Positions 40,560 to 54,876 of a stretch of 64,000 bases of DNA are shown here, one piece after another (the first letter of the stretch is position 1; every line of letters starts with the position of its first letter). The notes below the pieces were generated by a model. That model was not told where the DNA came from. It saw nothing but the letters and a program-made list of their open reading frames with translations, and made no database searches. Origin of the DNA: Emiliania huxleyi CCMP1516 (taxonomy: Eukaryota); assembly GCF_000372725.1 (NCBI RefSeq), contig NW_005202428.1, positions 2,531,791-2,595,790 on the forward strand, written 5' to 3'. A program made the translations under genes and the position numbers.

Positions 40560-41215
40560 GGACTGGACACCAACGCGGTATGGGTGGACGCTGGACAGAT
40601 GAGCGGGAGGAAAGCGGCGAGTCGCAATTCCAGGGGTCGTTGTGGCGGGCCACCCTGTGTCCAGAAAGGCATGCATGGATTTCTGTGGGGCCTGCTTTTC
40701 TTTTTGGTGTTTGTTAGTGACCAGTGCGCGCCCTCCCGTGCCCAGAAAGAAAGAAAACAGACGATAGGGATGGGAGGACGGCACGCCGCCACCACACAGG
40801 GATTTTAAGGAGAGGGGTGTGATGCGCTAGCCGTCGCCCACCCTTGGGGGCGTCCGCCTCTTCCTATCTCTCTTGCAGTCTCTCGCCGATTCTCGCTGCA
40901 ACCTTCATGCCACCTCGCGGTCGTCCCACTCTCTTCGTTCTCTCTCTTGTCGCTTCTTCCTCTGTCGCGTCGCTCTCCTCTGCCTCGTTCTGCGACGCCG
41001 CCGCCGCCTGCCTCGCCCTGCTCTCGCTTCTTCTCTCGCCTTTCGTCGCAGCTCTGCCCTCCTCGCGGCATATTTTGGCCCCTCGAGTTTATCGAGCTCT
41101 CCTCGAGCAAGGACGACTCTTCTGACGCCCACTCCGATCATTTGCCGCCAAGTCATATCATTGCTCAGGTCCACTCTCTCTTCGAACACTTGTTTGTACT
41201 TCCACAGATGATGCT
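40560..41215. repeat. Copy of a dispersed intergenic repeat family; serves as the empty-site reference for two insertions
   Basis: 40745-40912 matches 56425-56473 plus 56930-57080. 41137-41210 matches 54846-54876 plus 56114-56173. 40565-40655 matches 29754-29980, partly inverted. Confidence 0.75.
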
Positions 41216-41969
41216 ACCCAACGAGATCAGCGTCTTCAAAGGGTGGCTGTCCTCTTCGCTGAGCGCACAGCCACGGTGCCGGCCTTGCCATACGGTCTGC
41301 TTGCGAGCGTGTTCTGCACGTTCCTGGCAGTCGCCGTCGCAGCGCCAATAGGCACCGCTCGCCAACAGGTTAGCCATACCGAGGCGGGTCCGTACGTGAA
41401 CGCCGCAGGGTCTCAACCCCTGGGCCAGTTGTTGGTGGAACCACCTCAAGGCCGGCGCGCGTGCGCGGGCGATGGACTCCGCCAACAGCTCAAGGGCTTG
41501 CTCCCTCCTCACCACCGCGCGCGCGCTGCTGCAGGAGCGCCGTGTGACGCACTGCGGCATGCCGCACTGCGACATGCCGCAGCTGCACCGTTTCCCTCCG
41601 GACACCATCGTGAACTCGGTGGCCTGCGAGGACGCGGTCAGCACCGCGCCGGATCTCTCCTGAGAGCCGGCGCGGATCGCGGATGCAGCTTTAAGGCTCT
41701 GCCGGCGGATCTGTGGCCTGGCGTATGCCAGGCTGCGGGTCCAAAGTGTCCCGGCGCGGCGCGCGCCACCGCCCCTGGCTGGCGCGGGGCAGGATGTCAG
41801 TACGTGAGTACGGTGTCCCTGTCCCTGTGCTCCACCTTGGCTTGAGTAAGGCTTCGGGCCTGGCCTAATCGCTCGCGCTGAAGAGCCCCGCAAGAGCCCG
41901 GTCCAGACCTAGCTGGCACTTCGGACTCCGTGCCGTCGCTCCTTCTGCTTGTCGCTCGGTCAGACCATC

Positions 41970-42698
41970 ATGAAGACTGGCGAAGCGGAGTCAGACCTAG
42001 CTGGCACTTCGGACTCCGTGCCGCTAGGTCTGCCCGTGGTTTCGGCCTCTGGGGTGGCAATGGGACGGCGCGTGTCTGAGGAGACCAACCGACGCGTCAC
42101 CGTGATAGTCGAAGAGGCTCGCGCAAGAGGCGGCGACAATCAGCCGAGCATCCCTGCTCGGCTGGCGAGCGCCACCTCGCGCAAGCTCACCCTCACGGCC
42201 ACGCGAGTCTTTGGGAGGAAGGGCTGCGCCGTGCCGTCGCATCCCGTCGCGGCCTCGGCGGCGCTGCTTTCTCTAGCCGTCGGCACTGCCGCCTCCACTG
42301 CTGCCTCCGCCGCTGCCCTCGTGCTCGGAATCATCGAGGTCTCGCCGGAGGACTGGTGGTTTCAATGGGTCGGTCTCGAGAACGACGCAGAGGGCGGCGA
42401 GGCGGCCGTCGTCGGCGCCTTTCTCCTCTTGATCGAAGGCCTGCTCTCGCTCGTGCTGCTGCTGCTCAAGTTGGCGCTGCTCTTCTCGGCGTCTCTCGTG
42501 CCTGCAGTCGTCGTGCAGACGCTGGCGTTTAGGCGGCTCGCATGGTGGCCTCATGCCTTGGCCGTCCTCGGCAGCGTGTGCATCGCAGCGTTCGCGGTGG
42601 GCGCGGTTCGGGTGGCCGTGCGAGGGCAGGCCGAGGCGCCGCCCTCGCCCCCGCCGTGGTATGGCTCTGACTTCAGCTATGACAATGACGATGATTAA
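41970..42698 (+). CDS. Hypothetical multi-pass membrane protein
   Basis: Intronless ORF with about 3-4 hydrophobic segments. No recognised domain. Confidence 0.45.
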   Translation: MKTGEAESDLAGTSDSVPLGLPVVSASGVAMGRRVSEETNRRVTVIVEEARARGGDNQPSIPARLASATSRKLTLTATRVFGRKGCAVPSHPVAASAALLSLAVGTAASTAASAAALVLGIIEVSPEDWWFQWVGLENDAEGGEAAVVGAFLLLIEGLLSLVLLLLKLALLFSASLVPAVVVQTLAFRRLAWWPHALAVLGSVCIAAFAVGAVRVAVRGQAEAPPSPPPWYGSDFSYDNDDD

Positions 42699-42933
42699 CG
42701 TCGCGCGGATTGGGTTTGATGTGGCCTGGCCCGGTGCTGCGGGGTCACTTGGGCCAGGTACCAATTTTGTCGAATTTATTTCAAAATCTGCAGGCGCGGA
42801 GCGCCTGCGAAAATTTTGAAGAAATTTGCAGTCGGGCCTGATTTTCATCAGTCAGTCAGTCAGTGTTACACACGTCCTAGCATGGACGACGGGGCACACG
42901 ATCTTTCAAATTTGCGGTGTGGAGTTGGGGGGT

Positions 42934-43152
42934 GGGTTTAGGTTAGGGTTATTAGGGTTAGAGGGTTAGGGTTAGGGTTAGGGTTAGGGTTAGGGTCAGG
43001 GTAGTCTGGTTGTGTCTGTATATGCCAGCGTTGCAGGGTTCTGCGCTGGTATCTGGCCCCACAGCGCCGACGACTAAGACTCAGCCCCACACGCTCTGAC
43101 CTAGGGTTAGGGTTAGGGTTAGGGTTAGGGTTAGGGTTAGGGTTAGGGTTAG
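42934..43152 (+). repeat. Interstitial telomeric (TTAGGG)n tracts, two blocks
   Basis: GGGTTA arrays at ~42934-43001 and 43102-43152, each followed by a related ~95-nt spacer. Confidence 0.92.
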
Positions 43153-43243
43153 TCTCCTTGTGTTTGTATGCCAGCGTTGCAGAGTTCTGCGCTGGGATCT
43201 GGCCCCAGCGCCGACGAGTAAGACTCAGCACCGCACGCTGACC

Positions 43244-43730
43244 CCACCAAATGCCGCCTCAGGGCGCCAGGCCGCCAGCCACCTCCTTACACGCGGCCGG
43301 CGCCCTCTCGCGGCAAAAGGGTCGAGCGAGCGGGCAGAGTCGCGATGTCTGCGCACCCGCGTGCCGATGGGCGGCACACGCAACCGAGAGAGGCCCTGTC
43401 ACGCCGCCAGTAGCGTTCTCCGCACTCCCCACGCCACCAATTGCCGCCTCAGGGCGCCAGCCACCTCCTTACACGATTACACGCGGCCGGCGCCCTCTCG
43501 CGGCAAAAGGGTCGAGCGAGCGGGCAGAGTCGCGCGATGTCTGCGCACCCGCGTGCCGATGGGCGGCACACGCAACCGAGAGAGGCCCTGTCACGCCGCC
43601 AGTAGCGTTCCGCACTCCCCACGCCACCAATTGCCGCCTCAGGGCGCCAGCCACCTCTTACACGCGGCCGGCGCCCTCTCGCGGCAAAAGGGTCGAGCGA
43701 GCGGGCAGAGTCGCGATGTCCCTGCGCACC
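43244..43730. repeat. ~190-nt tandem repeat x~2.5
   Basis: Units start CCACCAA(A/T)TGCCGCCTCAGGGCGCCAG at 43244, 43434 and 43624. Confidence 0.9.
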
Positions 43731-44861
43731 TGGGTGTTCGCCGCCTATATGCTCTATCCTGTGCCAAGACGGACACATTTTGACAATCAAAATCTACCTC
43801 AAAATTTGCGGCCGCCCCTCGAAATTTGCTGATCAAAATTTGCGGTGGCCCGGATCGAAACCTGTACTTTGGCCAAGGGGTCACTCTATACAATTTGAAT
43901 AAAAATACAATTTATTTTAGTGTGTGGTGTTGCGTGGTCCGTGGACCTCTCCTCTCCTATGTGACACCCGGCGCGCCATCCCCCCCTGGATCCACACACG
44001 TCACGCACCAGACGGAGCTGTGTGAACAGTGTCCAGTGTTGCTCTATATTAGAATTAGTGTTAACAGTAAAACAACAGAACAACAGTGGGGCTCCCCAAC
44101 AACAGTAGCTAACGTTAGGCCGGCTGAACAACAATAAGGAAGGCCTGGCAGTGACCCACGACGATCTCCAGCGTCCAGTGCGGGTAATACCCGTAACCCG
44201 AAAATATCCGCGGGGAAAACCCAGAGGTATTTTCGGGTTTTAGCTTTTACCCGGGTTTTTTGGGATTTTCTGCTTGCTGACCGCTGAACAACAGTAACAA
44301 CAGTAACAAACAGTAACAGCTTGGGCTGGGGTGAACACTTGAACAACGTTAAGGATTTCAGCCAACACTAGCGCTCAACTGTTAGAGGCCCAAAGTTAAT
44401 GTTAAACAGCTCTACGGACCAGACACCACACACGCGCGGAGGTACTCCCCACAGTCACACACCCACATTAGACTGGGCGGGAAAGGCACCACCAAGACCA
44501 CACATATTACACCATGTCACCACACCCTCAGACTCAGAGGAGAAGAGGTGTCGGCTCTGTGCGACCTCTGTTCTCTCGAGCGCGCCTCTGTTTCAGCTAT
44601 ATGAGTTGACAGTTGACTTGTGTGTGGTCGGGCACGCTGTGGCCTATCCCTATGGCTATGCCCCAGGCATCGGCGGCTTAGCCTGTTAAACTTTAACCCC
44701 GCGGGCTAGCCCGCGGCCGCGCGCCGCGGGCACGGCGCGTTTGTTCAATGTAAAGATCGAATCGTTGAACGTTGTGCCAGGCGTGGCCCCGCACGTTCAA
44801 CGGTGTACGGACAGCCCCAGCGCGGCAGTCCCGGCCACAGGATGCTCCACGCGATCTTGCG

Positions 44862-46968
44862 TCACGCCTTGTGCCGCTTGCTCGCCTCGTCGGCCTCATG
44901 GTCGGCCTCCCCCTCGCTAGCCGCCTGGTGGGTGGTACGCGCGTGCGTCCCCTCCGCCGAGTTGCCGGCTGCGGCGGCGCCACTGCCCTCCGCACCGCCG
45001 CCGGCTCTTGCCCCGCCGGTGGCCTCCACGGGGGCGGTGACCGTCAGCCAGCTGCCCGGTCCGTGGCCGGGCGGGACGGTGATCTGGAAGATGAGGTGCC
45101 CCCCGCCGACCGTGGCTGGGAAGGCCTGTGAAGGCACAGAGGCGGGTGGTGTGGGGGGAGGGCGCGGGGAAAGAGGGTAGATGCGTGAGGAAAGAGCGAG
45201 CGAGGAGCGAGGAGAGAGAGGGAGAGAGAGAGAGCGAGAGAGAGAGCGAGAGAGGGAGAGCGAGAGCGAGAGCGAGAGAGCGGGCGAGAGCGCGAGAGAG
45301 CGAGAGAGGAAGAAGCGAGAGAGCGAGAGAGCGAGAGAGCGAGAGAGGCAGGGGCAGGGGCAGGGGCAGGGGCAGGGGCAGTGGTATGCAGAGGTAGAGG
45401 CAGAGGCAGGCGTCGGTCACCTGCCCGGCATGCACCCCGTCCGGCACCTGCACCCGGAATTGCTGCTGCTGCTGCGGCGCCGCCTGCGCTTCGCACCCCT
45501 CGCCCGCCTCCTCGCCGTCCTCATCGCCGTGGCTGTTCGCGCCGACGATCTCGCTGCCCTCGTCCGTCAGGACGGTGAGCTCGCTGCCGTCCTCGAGCCG
45601 CACGCGGTACGGCGCAACCTCCCCCGGGGCCATGTCGTCCGCGCGGTGCAGCACCTGCAACAGGACGGTGTGAGAGGGGCAACATGAAAGCTGACCGGCG
45701 GCGCGGACTCTGCGCGGCGCGGCGCCTCCACCACCGTGCCCGCCGCCCACCTCTCCCCCTCCTCCGCGTCGAAGCCCGTGGTGCGGCACTCGACGGCGTC
45801 GCCGGGCTTGAAGCGGAGCGTGCTCGCCTTCCGCGTCAGGTTCTCTGGCGTGGCGAGGCAGTTGTTGAAGGTGCTCGCCTGGCATGACAGGAAGCGATGA
45901 GAGTGGCAACAACGAGGCTGCCGCAGGCAGGGACGCTGCTGGCCAGGAACTGCTCGTCGAGCCCCTTGCCGATGAAGACCATCTTTGACTCGCGCGGCTC
46001 GCCCGGCTGCCACGCCTCCTCGAAGCCGCCGGAGAAGGTCATGTGCACCGCGTGGTAGATGTACCTGAAGGACATGTCGAGGAGATGTCACGGACGTGTC
46101 TTGGACGCGAGACCCGCTGCGCTAGACGCGCTGCTTTTGCTGCGAGTGCGCGACGGCGAGGACGCCCTTCATCCGGTAGATGTCCTCGCCCTGCGACTCT
46201 GCGATGTACTCGAGGAAGTCCGTCGCGAGCTCAAAGTCGAGGTCACCCTTCTGCACCGTCCGCATGTGGCGAGGCGCCCCCTGGTCGAGGGAGACGCTCG
46301 TGACGGTCTTGTCGTGCTGCGTCGGCGCGTTCTCCGGGTTGAGCAGCTGCGGGTTGGTCTGGAGCGCTCGCTGGAGGTCGAAGCCGTGGATGTTGAGCAC
46401 CGAGTCCACCGACACGTCCCCGCGCGAGCAGCGCCGGATGGGCGCAAAAGCGTTGATGCCTCTCAGCCGCGCCTCGATGCGGGCGAGGTCCGCCTCCGTG
46501 ACGAGGTCCGTCTTGTTCAGCAGCAGGCGGTCGGCGAAGGCGGCCTGCGCCACCGCCTCGTTGACGACGCCCTCCGGCTTCACGGCGTCGAGGTGCCGCT
46601 CGACGTGCTTTGCGTCCACCATCGTGACGATGCCGTCCAGGCGCGCGAAGGCCTTGATCTCATCGTAGATGAGGAAGGTTTGCGCGACCGGCGCCGGGTC
46701 CGCCATGCCCGTCGTCTCGATGATGATCGCGTCGAGCTTCAGCTCGCCCGCCGCGGCGCGCTCGGCAAAGCCCTTGAGCAATACAACGAGATCTTGGCGT
46801 ACAGAGCAGCAGAGGCAGCCGTTGAGAACCTCGATGATCTCCTCCTCCGAGCTGAACTTTGAGGTCTTCTGGATGAGCGCGTCGTCGATGCCGACGTCCC
46901 CAAACTCGTTTTCTATTATGGCGATCTTCTTGCCGTGCGTCGCCGTAAGGATGTGGTTGAGGAGCGTC

Positions 46969-47001
<33 letters not shown>

Positions 47002-47036
47002 GTGACCGGCACGCGTTCGGACGAAGAGGAGGCCAT
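44862..47036 (-). CDS. COG0523 / CobW-family (ZNG1-like) metallochaperone GTPase with C-terminal extension, multi-exon
   Basis: PVTVLTGFLGSGKTT, IENEFG, GCLCC, IETTGMADP, NKTD, YRMKG, and CobW_C (HAVH...SKMVFIGK). Confidence 0.92.
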
Positions 47037-47590
47037 GTATGTAATGCCCGGAGGTGTCTACTTGCGGCGCGCGTCTTCGGCCTGACAGCTGTACTAACTA
47101 AAAGAAATCTAGTCGGCTGGCGCGCATCGATGGGGCGCACTGGCTTAAAACTAATTTTGACGGGACTTCGCTTGCTTAAAGAAAGAAAGAAAACAAAACA
47201 ACGAGGGATGGGGGAGTGTGTGTGTGTGTGTGGATGGGGGAGGAGGACAGGGAGGGTCCACACCTGCACGAGCAGGATTTTGGAAGAACGATCAGGGGCA
47301 CAGGGGGTTCTCCGATGCTCCTGACAAGGGACACGACAGGCTCGCAGCGCGGTGGCCGGTGCTCGGAGAGAGAGAGATTTATAACCAACAATGGACTCCC
47401 AACTCCACTGGCGGTCTCATCTCAATCTAGCGACCTGCCTCCAGCTTCTCACTGGCAGCCTCTCGCAACCACAGGCACACTGACACAGGGGTGGCAGGCT
47501 TGCTGTCATGAGGTGAGTATGTTTTCTGTGGGTGAGTGATAGATTCGGCCGGTTTTCTCTTCTCCCAGACAGGTCGTCTCGCCGCCCCCG

Positions 47591-50500
47591 ATGCAGGAGG
47601 ACGAGAACGACTACGACCTCTCCCCGCCCGGCTCTCGGCGAGCGTCCCCGGCGCCACCGACGGCCGCGAAAGACCTGCATGGCATCCACGCCAACCTCGC
47701 ACAGCACGCCGACCGAGCAAAGGAGGACGCTCTCAAGGCGGCCCGCGTTCCTCCAAGCTTGCGCGCCCTCTCGCCACACCGCAGCGTCTCCACCCGCCCG
47801 CTCTCGCCCGCTCAGCCTCCTCCGCCGCCGCCGTGGCATCCTCTTCCGCCGCAGGTCCACGCGCAGGCGGTCGCCTTCAAGGAGGCGGTCGTGGACGCTG
47901 GCTCGCGTCACCTTCAGGAGCTGCGTGCGGCGGTCCCCACCACAAAGTCGGAGGTCTTCTCGGTCCCAGCAGAGAGCAGAGCTCCAGCCGCCTCTCTTCA
48001 CACCTCTCGCGTCTGACGAGTCGCACCGTTCGTTCTCAGGTCGTGCGAAACACGGAGCTCAAGTTCCTCGTGCGCGCCCCATGGCTGCTCGGCCTCTTCG
48101 TCCCTCCTCCCGCGTGGCCGTCGGAGCACCTCACCGTGCAGGCGGCGCCTGCTCAGCGATTCTCCATTCGAGATTGACTACTGACTGCACCTCACCGTAC
48201 CAGGCTCCCCGTGTGGCGGCGACCGTACTCGCTTTCGGCGTGCTCTGCGCCATGGCGGCGGGCGGGCTCGTCTCCCTCCTCCTCCTCCTCCTCTGGTCGG
48301 GTGCCATCTCCGTGTCTCGCTGCTGCCGCCGCCGCCGCCGCTGGCCCTGACCGTGCCCCTGCCCCTGCCCCCAGGCGCCATCTTCGTGCCGCTGCTGCTG
48401 CTGCTGCTGCCACTCGCCGCCGCGGCCTACTGCGGCGCCTGGGTGTACATGGGCACTGCACCGCGCTTCGGCGCCGCCCCGGTGCTCAAGGAGAGGGAGC
48501 AGGCCCGCGCCGCGGCGCACGAGAAGAGGGCGACGGGCCGCGGCTCGAGGTGCGGTGAGCGTGCAAGGCAGCGCCTGTTCACAGCTGGGGCGTGTGGCCA
48601 GGTGACGGCGGAGCTCGAGAGGGCGGTCCGGCTCGTGCAGGGGGCAGAGCACGGAGAGGCGATGCCTGGCACACTCCTCTCTTCTTCCCTCCCCTCTCCT
48701 CTCCTCTCCTAACCTCTCCTCTTCTCCCCTCTTCTCGTCCTCTCCCCTCCCCTCCCCTCCTCTCCCCTCCTCTCCCCTCCCCCTCTTCACAGCGGCGCGC
48801 TGTGACCAGGCGCACTCCGACTTTGCGGCGCACGTGGGGAGCGCCACCTCCTTCGCAGTGTACGGCTGCGGCACCCTCACGCCCTCGCGCGTGGAGGCGG
48901 CCTAGCGGCGTCCCCTTCCCATCGCCGCCACGCCTCTCTCTCCAGGCATCCTCTCTCATTGCCATTGTGATTGTGATTGGCTGCTCTTCCTGCTGCTTCA
49001 CGCTCCTCCTCCTCCTCCTCCCCAGGCATCCTCGCAGCGTCGCACGTCGGGGCCCTGCTCGCGCTCGAGCGGTGCGGCGACTCACCCGGCCACAGCCGGC
49101 CGGCCAGGGCCACCTTCCTGGGTCAGCAGCAGTCGCCCTCGCTGCAGGTACGGCCTCAAGTACGACCAGCTGACCACGCTCGCGGGCGTCTCTGCCGGCG
49201 CGGTGATCGTCGCTTGCCTCTCCGTCGGCTTCGAGGCCGAGGACATCTACGATTTGGTGAGCAAGCGAGGTGCCACCACCGCCCACCCGCCTCCCCCGTC
49301 TCCATTCACAGCTGCTGCTCGCAGGTGAGCAAGATGCCATTCCACCGCCTTGCCTACCCGGAGCTGGGCGCTCTGCTGCGCGCCCTCGGCAACACCGTCC
49401 TCACCCTCCTCCAAGTCATCCGCCGCCAAGGCGCGGTGCCGTGGGCTCTGCGCGAGCTCTCCGCCGGCAACGGGCCCGGCATCAACTCTGGCCGCCCAGC
49501 TCCTGGCGAGGAGCGTGCCCCACATGTCTGCGGTGATGGCTCGCGCTCCTCTCCGTCAGGCGCCGAGCTCGAGCGGATGGTCGGCGAGGCGCTCGCGCAG
49601 AGCCCCGCTGGCTCTGCGGACATCACCCTCGCCCAGGTCCGGGCGCAGCGGCGAGCGGGTGGCGAGGGCAGAAGGCTGTGAAGCGGGGTGGGTGTGAGGT
49701 AGGTCAAGGCGCAGTTCGACAAGCGGGTGGTGATCCTCGTCTCCGAGCTGGACACGGGCCGCGAGCGGCAGCTGACCCCCGAGACGGACCCGCGACTCTA
49801 GATGCCACTCTATGCCGAGCAGATGCCATGTGCTCTAGCAAGCACTCCGGAAGACGCGCCTGTTTGTGCTGCACAAGAGATGCCGCGCTCACACTCTCGC
49901 CCGCGTGCATACTAACCACGCCAGGGCCCGGGCGGGCCTTTGCAACCCGGCGGTCCCAACTCCTCTTGATGATCGCACTCTTTGCGAGCAGGACCCGGAC
50001 CTGCCCCTGCGGGTGGCGGTCCGCATGTCGATGGGCGTGCCCGGGCTGATGGAGCCCTTCCGGTACGGCAGGCACGTCTACTGCGACGGCGGCATGTGCA
50101 ACGACTTCCCGATGAACGCGCTGCCAGACGACGGCGGCAGGCTCGGGCTGATGGTGCGGCCAAAGGCGTGGTATATGTACAACTTCGGGTCGCTGCACCG
50201 ACTCAAGCGCGGCGAGCCGTCGAGCACGACGGGCGAGGCCGCCGCCGAGCTGCGAGAGAAGGGCGGGCTCCGTTCTACGAATGAGTGGTTGGTCTTCAGG
50301 CGAGATCATCGCCGAGCTGCAAGAGATGGAGGCGCGGCTGCAGGGGAGCGGCATCTATCCCGTGCGCGACGCGGTCGACTTGGCGATGACGTGCATGCAG
50401 ACGATGATGGACGCGAACCTCGCGCTCCAGATCCGGATGGCCACGGGCGGGGAGGAGGCGGCCGTGGGCGGGAGGGGCGCATGGCCCCGCTCCTGGGGCG

Positions 50501-51014
50501 AGCTCAAGGCGCTCGTGCTTGAGCGCGGCCGCGGCGAGGCGGCCGCGCCGGCGGCGGACGGCGAGGCGGCGCCGCTCGCAGCCGCCGGGACGGGCGAGGT
50601 TGCCGCGCCGGCGCCTCCGCCGCGGCTGCCCTCTTTCTTCTCCCTCGCGCCGCAGATCGTCACCATCTGCGGCGGCTCTTTCTCTCCGTTTGACTTTGGG
50701 CTCTCCCAGCCGCAGCACACGCAGCGCAGGCCTGCTCTCTTTTTTGTCACGCACAGCCTTTGCTCTGCAGGCTCTCCAAGCTGCAGCACCGGCAGCTCTT
50801 TGTCTCGGGGCAGGTCTCGGTGCACCTCGCGGCAGCGCAGCACGCCATCCGGGAGCTGGAGGGGCCCGAGCCCGCGGCGGCGGCGGGCGGCGACGACGGC
50901 GAGGAGCTAGAGCTCTCGCCGAAGGGGAGGGGGTCCGCCGTGGCGCCCGTGCTCGGACGCGAGGCCAAGCTGAAGCTGCTCCTCTACCTCCTCCACCTCG
51001 ACTACCCGCAGTGA
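47591..51014 (+). CDS. Patatin-like phospholipase with N-terminal transmembrane region, multi-exon
   Basis: Gly-rich loop GGATSF, GVSAG nucleophile elbow, AVRMSMGVPGLMEP and YCDGG catalytic Asp. Ends HLDYPQ*. Confidence 0.82.
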
Positions 51015-52267
51015 TGGCGAGCGGCGCGAGGCCAGAGGCGAGCAGCCAGCCCCCGTGCATCGCCGGGGGGTCGTATGCGTTCCCCAGGGGCAGCTGTGGC
51101 GCGCGAGAGGAAGGCACTATGGTCTACGCGGCATGCAGGGTGCTGATCTCACTTGCGCCCGCCATGGTGACATGTGTGAGAACGTGCTGGCTTGCTGCAG
51201 AGAGCTGCGACTTGCGAGCAGGCGCGCCCAAGATCTCCGTACACGGCTCTCTGACCTGACTGACCTGTCTCTGGCTGTGTACACACAGCACTCAGCAGAG
51301 AGCGCACATACGATCGTGTGTGTGAAAAAACTGTTCAAGTCTTAAAGGCAAAACACAACGCTCTGCGGTTGGTGCACCCCCCACACTGACACATTCCCCT
51401 CATCCCCTACCCTTGGCTGAGCACATCTACCTGCGAGCTAGCCTCTCCGCATTTTCTCTTCCAGTCATCCGCCCGCGCCGCGCGCCATCTCTGGGCGTCT
51501 AGTGCAGCCACTGACAGAGCTATTCCGAAGGAGTGGTCGACGCCTCGCCTAGAGTTCGGGTGGACTTGCGCACTGCTTAGCCCTGAGGGGGGAGTGTGTG
51601 TGAGGTGGTGTAATGTCGTCCCGTTTCAGGCGGCAGGTCAGGGGATTAGCCGGGAGGATTCGGCAGCTCAGCCGGGGGCTGAGCGTCTGCAGGCAGCCTT
51701 CCGCTCGCGCCGAAATTCACAGCCCTCCCGGGCCGACGGGGTGCTCCTTGGATCGGGCCCCGCTCCCCGCTTTTCCTGTACCTGGACTGTCCGGGTCAGG
51801 AGGGTGAGAGTATTGGGTGGGCGAGGGCAGTACATCTGGCGGGTGGGGATTGAGGGACAGCAAGAGGGCTGATTGTCGAGGCTGATTGGGGGGTCAATGG
51901 GCGCGGGCGGCGCTTCGTGGTCCGGATTTTTTTGCTGTGCGAGTCGAGTTCGTGGCCGGTGCGCGGGAGATGAGTTGTCAGTTGGGGCGCGAGACGCGCG
52001 GGACAGTGTTGGAGGCGGCCAGTGAGGTAGGGTTGGCTTTGAGCAGTGCAGCGAGTGTGTGGTCAAGCGTGGGAGCAGCGCGCGAGCACCGGGTTTTTTT
52101 GCTGTGCGAGTCGAGTTTGTGGCCGGTGCGCGGGAACCTGGCTGAAAACCCGCGCATCCGGCCGGTTGTGCGACCGAGGTCGCCGATTGTACGACCGAGG
52201 TCGCAGAGCCTTGGCGACGCGACGCGCACGTCGCCAAGGAGTTGGTAAAATGTCCGAGGTTTTTTAC

Positions 52268-52341
<74 letters not shown>

Positions 52342-52358
52342 GGATGAGGATGAGGATG

Positions 52359-52435
<77 letters not shown>
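52268..52435. repeat. (GAT)n microsatellite with GAG interruptions
   Basis: Read directly. Confidence 0.97.
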
Positions 52436-53022
52436 CGTGTGTGTGGAGAAGAGAGTGAAATACATGAAATTCGCTCCTCGCGGCGTCGGATAAAGTTTTT
52501 TATATTTTAAACGCCGTATCTCCGTCTTCGCAGTTCGCTAGGCCCCCCAGCGTCGCTATACCCTCTACACGCGCTACGCGGGTGCGCAGACATCGGTCCG
52601 CACCCTCTACACCCGGCCGCTACCCCGTTCTATATGGGTATGCCGTATCCCGTAACGACAACACACAAAAATATCAAAATGTGCCAATGCCATATTACAA
52701 AAGAGGAGAGCGAGAGGCACTCGCGAGTGGGAACGCTGATGCTCGCCCAAAACGGCTCCAATCCGAGCCGTACCACGTCCTAATCCGCGGCCAGGCGAAA
52801 ACGGGCGTCGTCTAGCTCAGGCGCTTACGTATGCATACTTTATGAGAATGCTCCGAAGCGGAGGCGCTGGAAAGCGGCGTGCGGGGCCGCGGCGGCCCCG
52901 CACTGCCGTGCCGCGACATTCCTCTCCACCTCCCCATGATGGACCACGGAGCTAAACTGCTGCGGGCCTGCGACACACTGGATCGCGCGACGGGCCGAGC
53001 CAGGAGCCACCGCGCCGCCGCC

Positions 53023-54663
<1,641 letters not shown>

Positions 54664-54876
54664 TGAGAGATCCTTGTGCTGTGCTGGTCCTGTGTATCGG
54701 CCGAAGCGTGCACTCTCGTTTCTTTTCGATTCTTTCGGCACGGCGCTCATTTTGGTAGGCCACCCGCAGGCTCACTGCTCAACGGAGGCGCCGGCGAACA
54801 CCGCCCGGCGCCTTTGCAGAGGGCCAATGACCTCCCCCGCGACAGATCATTTGCCGCCAAGCAAGTGCCAAGTCAT

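Noticed and set aside
41208..41845. Possible gene or pseudogene upstream of the membrane-protein ORF
   Set aside because: No consistent frame, motif or splice structure could be supported.
42934..43152. True chromosome end
   Set aside because: The tracts are short and interrupted, with intact genes on both sides.
44056..44370. Possible TIR element (TAGTGTT / AACACTA, AACAG repeats, internal ACCCG-rich tract)
   Set aside because: Only a 7-bp inverted match and no TSD. It is probably a transposon remnant but cannot be delimited.
51668..52510. Poly-Asp, poly-Met and poly-Ile ORFs
   Set aside because: They are frames of a (GAT)n microsatellite with no other coding signal.
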